The position numbers and the translations under genes are program-made. Shown piece by piece: positions 38,501 through 44,610 of a stretch of 44,610 nt of DNA. The stretch is from the NCBI GenBank assembly GCA_003427395.1, contig BFEA01000007.1, forward strand, positions 3,352,428-3,397,037, given 5' to 3'. The stretch comes from Chara braunii (Eukaryota > Plantae > Charophyceae). Under the pieces are notes generated by a model. It saw only the letters and a program-made list of their open reading frames with translations, searched no databases and was not told where the DNA came from. Numbering within the stretch: position 1 is the first letter of the stretch; every line of letters starts with the position of its first letter.

Positions 38501-41500
38501 GTATTACACAGTCTTTGAGGCCTAGGAAACTGCGAAGCTGCTTGACGAATGTGGGGACGGGTTACTACGCAATAGCAGTAATCTTCGCGTCGTCCATGTG
38601 GAGACTCTGGTCGGACATATGGTGTCCTAGGAAGTCCACTTTGCGCTTGGCAAAGCGGCACTTACTGAGCTTGGCATAAAAGTCATGCTGGCATAAGTGT
38701 TGTAGGATATCGTAGAGGTGTCTGAGATTGTTTTCTAAGGTACGACTGTGGACCAGAATATCGTCTAGGTATACGAGAACGTATTCTTCAAGGATGTCCC
38801 TGAAGAGTTCCGTCCGCCTTGCGAGCAAAGAGGACGCGTGCACCCCAAGGTGAGTTACTGGGTTTAATGAAACCCAGTCGAAGGAGCTCTTCAAGCTAAC
38901 ACTTGAGTTTCGTCGCCTCTGTAATCGAGAGTCGGGAGGGTGCCTGATGGTGGACATGATAGTCAAGCACAAGCTGGATAGAATGCTCAACACCGCACAT
39001 CGGAGGGATCCCGTTGTATGAGAAATACGAGGGGAAAACGTCGCGGTACTCTCGAATCAGATCGCGAACGGCGGACTCTAAGTCAGTCGTGAAGTGTGTG
39101 AGTTCCTCAACATTTGCGTTGGCACGAGACGTAAGTGTGGACTCGACAATGCACGGCGTAGGGGCATGGGATGTCGATGGGGTATCCTCAGGCTGAGGGA
39201 CGGATGTAGAGATGGGAGCCGCGAAGATGGAAGAAGGGTCAGGAGGATCAGACTCCAATGAGATGAGCTCAACCTCAGGACAGAGTGGATCATAGCGAAG
39301 AATATCCATGACGTTCACTGGGTAGAACGCGATGTCCTTTTGTCGCATGAAGTGAGCAAACTGACGAGGAGAAGTAACGGTGATGTCTGGTGGGACCTAG
39401 AGGAACGAGGGTCCTAGGGAGGTAGGTCGGGAGGGGTGTCGCCCGTGGTTCCAATAAAGGGGGCACGATGGGTCTGACCACACTTCGTTTTGAGAACGAG
39501 TGTTTCAGTCGCTCATTTAACCTCTGTACCACGGAACCGGCAAGACCAGGGAGTGCCAAGGATAAAGCCGTACCTAGTCTCCGTTACGTCGAAGTACGGG
39601 GAGGAATGGTAACACTGAGGCGCCTGGGTACTATCCGCTGGGTGGAGGGTGAGGGAAAAGTGGAGGTCGCGGACCGTCTGATCGAAGAAGTGCTGCGTCT
39701 TGTTATCTCCGAGGGTAACGAAGATAGGAGAGCTAGACCCGGAGGTAGCTAGACGAGCTTCCTCAACCACGCGAGGGTGAATGAAGTCTCTTTGCGAGTC
39801 GGAGTCCCATAAAGCGCATAACACCCTCATAAATGTCCCCAAGCAGATAGAAATGATGGGGGGGGTGCGATCAGGGTCAGAGAGCAGAGTGAGAAGACGA
39901 CACATGACGTTTACGTGTCTCATGAGTCGCTCCTGACCGAGCCTAAAAAATGCTCAAGTCCAGGAGAGATAACACAACGTTATCGTGAGTCGCCAGTTGA
40001 GCGCTACAATGAGCTTTGTGAATGGCGCGACGCGTCGGAAGGACTAGATGCGACGGTCTGTGGTGGGGCAGACGCTAGGGCAGAGGGATTTACGTCTGTC
40101 GTGCCCTGAGGATCCTCTGGTAGGGTAGCCAAAGAGGCAAGCCACGACTCAGTGGTCGGGAAGCTGGCTACGTGTGAGGCCTCAGCGGTACACTACAGTG
40201 TGGCTAGCTGGATGAGACTAGTTGGACGGGGCCGGGGGAGGACTGAGATCAGTACTAATGAGAAATGTCAACATAATGTCAATCGAGGGTGGCATGGTAT
40301 GAACAATGTGCGGAGGTGTGTCCATCCTCGCGGCAACGAAGGCAACCTCGACGCGCCTCGAGGGTGGCGCGCTCCTCAGGGGATACAGCTCTGCGAGGAG
40401 GGACGGAACCCCGCGGGACGTCTACGTGAGGGACGATGAACGTGCGGGGGCCAGCCTAAGCAACCTGACTGCGTGCACGACCCATAGCGGATATGGCCAT
40501 CTGCAAGCGCTCGGCCACCCGGACAGTGTCGCAATCCAAGTGGTACTGGATGACGTCCCGAAGCTCAATGTCCTCGAGGGCGTCCCCAAAGGTAGGCTCG
40601 AGCTCGGCTGAGTCAACCTCGTCGTACTCGAGAGAACTGTAGCGCTAAGAGAATGGTCCTCCAGGTCGAGCTGGTCGGCGAAGACGGCCGACGAAAGAGG
40701 ATCGACCACAAGTAGCACCGCTTGGCTGGGTGGCGATGGCTGTGGATAGCGAAGAAGATGGGGCATTGAAGAAGCGACTCCGCATCTTCTGGCATTGTCG
40801 AGCAGCCTCGTAGGCCTTCTCTGAGGAGGCAAGGGTCTGTCGCCAAAGCTCGATGCGCAGTTAGTCGAAAGACTAACGACAAACCTGTTGGTCAAAAGGA
40901 CCTCAGGTAGGAGTGCCTCATCACAAATGTGGTGGGCGTCCTAAAACACCCGGATGTGGTGCTATAGGTTTGCTGTTGTGGAGAACCCGCGCCACTGCGT
41001 CTGTGTGACCCGATCTAGGGCATTGGTCGTGTCGCGGAGGGTGCCATAGCAGTCATGAAGGAACGTAGTGAAATCCACGAGAGTGGGAGCCTCACTCGAG
41101 CGAGTACAACGAGTACAATAGTTCTCCCATGCTGGGAACGCGCTGCTTCGAAATTTAGTTGCGAGCATAGAGCACCAAAACTCCTGACTAGCGTTCGTCA
41201 ATGTCTGCTCACGTATGGCAGCTTGCGGCCAATGTGACACACGAAGTGTACCATCATAGTCGGGTATATTCGACAGACATACAAGGGTGGGACTGTTGTG
41301 CTGATGGCAGGGGGAGAAAGGTTGATGGGTGTGGACTGCAGCGGCAAATGTCAGGGCCGGTGCAGGGGTGGAAGTGGTGACAGGCTGTGAGCCGGCGCTA
41401 CTCGCGAACGGTCCAGCAGAGGTGGAGGCAACAACCGCAACCAATTGTGATGGAGTGGCGAGGTAGGAGGGTAAAGGGGGATAAGCCGGTCGACGGAAAC

Positions 41501-44354
41501 GAGCCGGCAAGACTGAGGTAGGAGAGGTGGTATAAGAAGAAGAAGGGTGAGTAGCCTATGAAGGGTATGACTGTCCCAAGGAGAGAATCTCGGCCTGGAG
41601 CTGTGCAACGGTGACCTGTAAGGTGGTCACTCGCTGGGTGCGTGGGGTTGGAGGTGGAGGAGGCGGAAAGGGTACCCTAGCGAGAGAAGTAGTAACGAAC
41701 TATAGGGGACCCTGAGGTTGGAGTGAGGAGAGGATGGGAGGAGGGAGGACTCCGGTCCGTAGTGCCGGCACCGAAGCGGCAAGTTGGTAAGTCATACCGG
41801 GGTAAGTAGGTGAATCTGTCTGGCCAGATATCGGTATCTCGACAGCAGCACCGACGGTAGTGGCCGAAGCGGCAGGGTCCGCGAGGGCCGATGGGTGTGC
41901 CGCAACGGATGGTATCGTCTGAGCGGCAGCGACACTCACTACTGCGCAAGGGGAGTGTTGGGCCTAATCCGCCGGGGAGGACGAACCATCACGTCTCCAT
42001 GTCTGGAGTCGTGGGGAGACTGTGAGTCGGTAGGGGATGGAGTGTGAGAGCGGAGGAAAGAGCGATGAGGAGAACCCTTAAGGCGGTGAACTTTAAGGGC
42101 GAGCGCATTTACTTGCCCCTCCTGGGGTGCAAGCGCATTGAGTCGTGCTTGCAAAGGTGCAAGGATGACGCAAGAACAACGAGAAGGTCCGTGAGGTCTA
42201 CAAAGGTCTGACCCGGGACCGTCGGGTGGGTCGGCATCTGGGAGATGGAGGACATCGTGGCGATCTTCCTGGGTGTAGTCCCGTCCAAGTGCGGTGGACG
42301 TGTGGGGCTAGATATGGCGGGAGGTGGAGAAAGAGGTGGGGAAAGAGATGGGTTGTGAAGTGGGGACCACTGGTGAGAAGGAGGGGACCCTGGGAGTGGA
42401 GTGGGCAGTTGTGAGTCGGCTCGCCCCGTGACCAGCGGGCCGCACGTGAGACGGTGGTGCGAATCCGGTCGAGGGGAGAGGAGTCGTTCGGGTTCAGGGT
42501 GCACGATGGGAGGAGGCGGGAGAGGAGGGGGGTTAAGAGAACCCTAAGCCCTAGAAAACCCTAAGAAAACCCTAACCGGAGTTTGGGTGGTTAGGGTAGG
42601 GTAGCAGCGACCTAATCAAGAAAATAAAATAGCAACCACGGAGGGGAGAGGGAATAAATAAATAAATAAACAGTGAAATTTTGAGATAAAAACAAAAGAA
42701 CATGATTAATAAAAATAATTAAAGAAATAAGTAGGCAAAATGTGAAGAGAGGAAAAATATTTATTTTTTTTGGAATTTTCGGCAACATTTCCCTACCCCC
42801 CATGGGGTAAGAAATGTGGCAAAAGGAAGGAGAGACCAAAATAAGCACACTAAGGTTCAAAATACATCAAATTACAAATTTTATAAAAATAAATAAATAA
42901 ATAAATAAAAATAAATAAACAAATGAGGAGGTGGAGGAGAGTTAAGAGAAACTAAGTGTTGGATTTTTCAAAACTTTCTGCAAAATTTCGTTACCCCATG
43001 GGATCGAAGTGTGCCGTAAAAGATGTGACTAAGTAAGATGGAGAGAGTAGGGAGAAAAGATAAAATTTCAGCAAGACTTCGTTAACCCCACGGGGTCAAA
43101 ATGTGCGTCGAGAGCTGAAATAACTAAGTCCTTAACAGATATAGAGGTGCCGTAAAAAAATTGAATTTTCAGAATAAATAAAAATAAAAATAAAATAAAT
43201 CAGAAAAATGAGAAAGAAGTAGGGGGAGAAGATAATGCAAACTTTTAGAGAAAAAAGAAAATTTAAATAAAAGAAAACATTGCAGAGAGAAGAAGAGAAA
43301 AGAAGAAAAAAACAAAAAATATGAAGTTGGGATTGAGGGGAATGAAAAGATGATGAAGAAAGAGAGAAGTGGGCGATGAAAAAAAAAAAGATTGGAGTGG
43401 GAGGTGGGGGGATGATTGGGTTGTAGTTGGGGGAGGGAGGGGAGAAAAAGATGGTGGAAGACGAGTGAAAAGATAAGTAAGAGGGGGGTGAGTAGTGGTA
43501 GAGGTAGAAGAGGTGATGAAATGATGTAGGGGAGAGAGAGAGGGAGATGTGGGAGAATAGGTTAGCGGAGAGAGATGATACGAGACTCTTGGTTGGCCAA
43601 GAGGAAGAAGGTCACCAAAATCCACTGGATCTTGGCCTTCAAGATGCTGGCAACCTGCTGCTGCAGCAGAAAAAATTACAATAATAATAAAATAATCAAG
43701 GGTTGGCTGAAATCTTGATCAGCCACCTTGATTGCACTAACACGCAGCCCCCTAGCCAGGGAGTTCTTCACTGCTGCCAAGGTGTTGCTGCAGCAGTAGG
43801 ATAAATAATAATCATCATCATCTGGGTGGGCTAAGATCTTGATCAGCCACCCAGATCTCCCTGTAGTGCAGCCCCCTAGCCAGGGGGGTCGTCAAGGTCC
43901 TCAACAAGCTGCACGTGGCACTGCAGATGGCCACGTGCGCAGACAACAACAGCCACAATGCTCGGGGGGGGGGGGGGGTAAATAGCAGCCTACCCACTGC
44001 TGCCCTGCTGCCCGCTACTCGCTGCTCGCCGACGGGAGGAGGAGGGAGTGTAAATAGCTCGTGTGAAACTGTTCAACAGAAACGTCCCACTCTACAAAGG
44101 CATGCACATAGTTTGGCTAGTGTGTTGTAGCACTGGCTATGCACACGAATGGTCAGTAGCTGCTTGGGTTCGAACCCTGGCAACAACATGCATCCCGAAT
44201 CTTGATATTATAATATGGGAGCGGGGCGGGGTGGGGCTGCGAGGCAGCGTGGGCAAGTGTGTGTGTGCGGCGACCTTGGCCTTGGCGCTTGTGTGCACAC
44301 GTCGTGACAACACTCTCTCTTTGTCTCGCCTCATGTCGCTCCCTTGCATTTCCC

Positions 44355-44366
44355 ACTCTGATGCCA
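44355..44366 (-). promoter_or_regulatory. Primer-binding site, initiator-Met tRNA type (degenerate)
   Basis: Minus strand reads ...CCGTCACA-C-TGGCATCAGAGT, against the canonical TGGTATCAGAGC. Confidence 0.8.
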
Positions 44367-44367
44367 G

Positions 44368-44610
44368 TGTGACGGACCCATCGGGATAGCGGTCCATCAA
44401 GATGAAGAAGAAGGGTTGAGGAAGGAAGAGATGGAGATGGAGATGGGGTATACCCCCAGCGAACTGATTGGACCGGACTGGACTGGCATGGTACCGACAG
44501 TGGTACTGAGCACGACTGGACTGGACTGTACTGAAACATTGGACCGGACTGGACTGGCATGGTACCGACAGTGGTACTGAGCACGACTGGACTGGACTGT
44601 ACTGAAACAG
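44368..44610 (-). mobile_element. 3' part of the 5' LTR of the 38.5-44.6 kb Gypsy, containing a 71-bp tandem repeat
   Basis: The LTR terminus TGTGACGG (plus strand) is adjacent to the PBS. 44467-44537 and 44538-44608 are identical 71-mers built of GGACT-like subunits. Confidence 0.8.

Larger units (their letters stand above)
38517..44610 (-). mobile_element. Younger GC-rich Ty3/Gypsy LTR retrotransposon, 3'-truncated (5' LTR part, PBS, leader, gag, protease, partial RT)
   Basis: gag NIPDYDGTLRVSHW...AWENY...DFTTFLHDCYG (40962-41510). Protease LCALWDSDSQRDFIHP...YGFILGTPW (39513-39923; DSG mutated). RT YVLVYLDDILVHS...KLSKCRF...VDFLGH (38565-38810). Ends at QLRSFLGL. Confidence 0.92.

Noticed and set aside
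42539-42600. Interstitial telomere
   Set aside because: Only scattered imperfect CCCTAA motifs, no tandem array.

Overview
Eukaryotic, transposable-element-saturated, largely non-genic window with three N-gaps. The plant-type chromoviral Ty3/Gypsy and L1-like content points to a TE-rich green-lineage genome. It resembles a charophyte such as Chara, but that is an unverified inference. I find no intact protein-coding gene, RNA gene or CRISPR array. Contents in order: short non-autonomous DNA transposons inside a (TGAT)n microsatellite; a Gypsy RNaseH/integrase fragment (~1.4-2.6 kb); a decayed near-full-length L1-like LINE (+, ~2.6-10.4 kb); a decayed chromovirus pol with an LTR (+, ~12.5-16.4 kb); a very old Gypsy (-, ~16.8-20.7 kb); an AT-rich interval with two MITEs; probable non-LTR remnants (-, ~26-30.8 kb); a ~0.5-kb tandem duplication; a fold-back MITE; a second chromovirus pol (-, 34.7-37.4 kb); a C-rich minisatellite; and a younger GC-rich Gypsy (-, 38.5-44.6 kb) with gag, PR, a partly deleted RT, a long leader, a PBS and part of the 5' LTR. 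The best candidate for something undescribed is a set of ~330-400 bp CT...AG-terminated elements with exact 8-bp TSDs. They share one ~100-bp core, but each carries its own subterminal motif array, and the motifs differ at a single base (GTACG, GTTCG, GTCCG). A duplicated hairpin with compensatory base changes in the leader of the young Gypsy is also notable.
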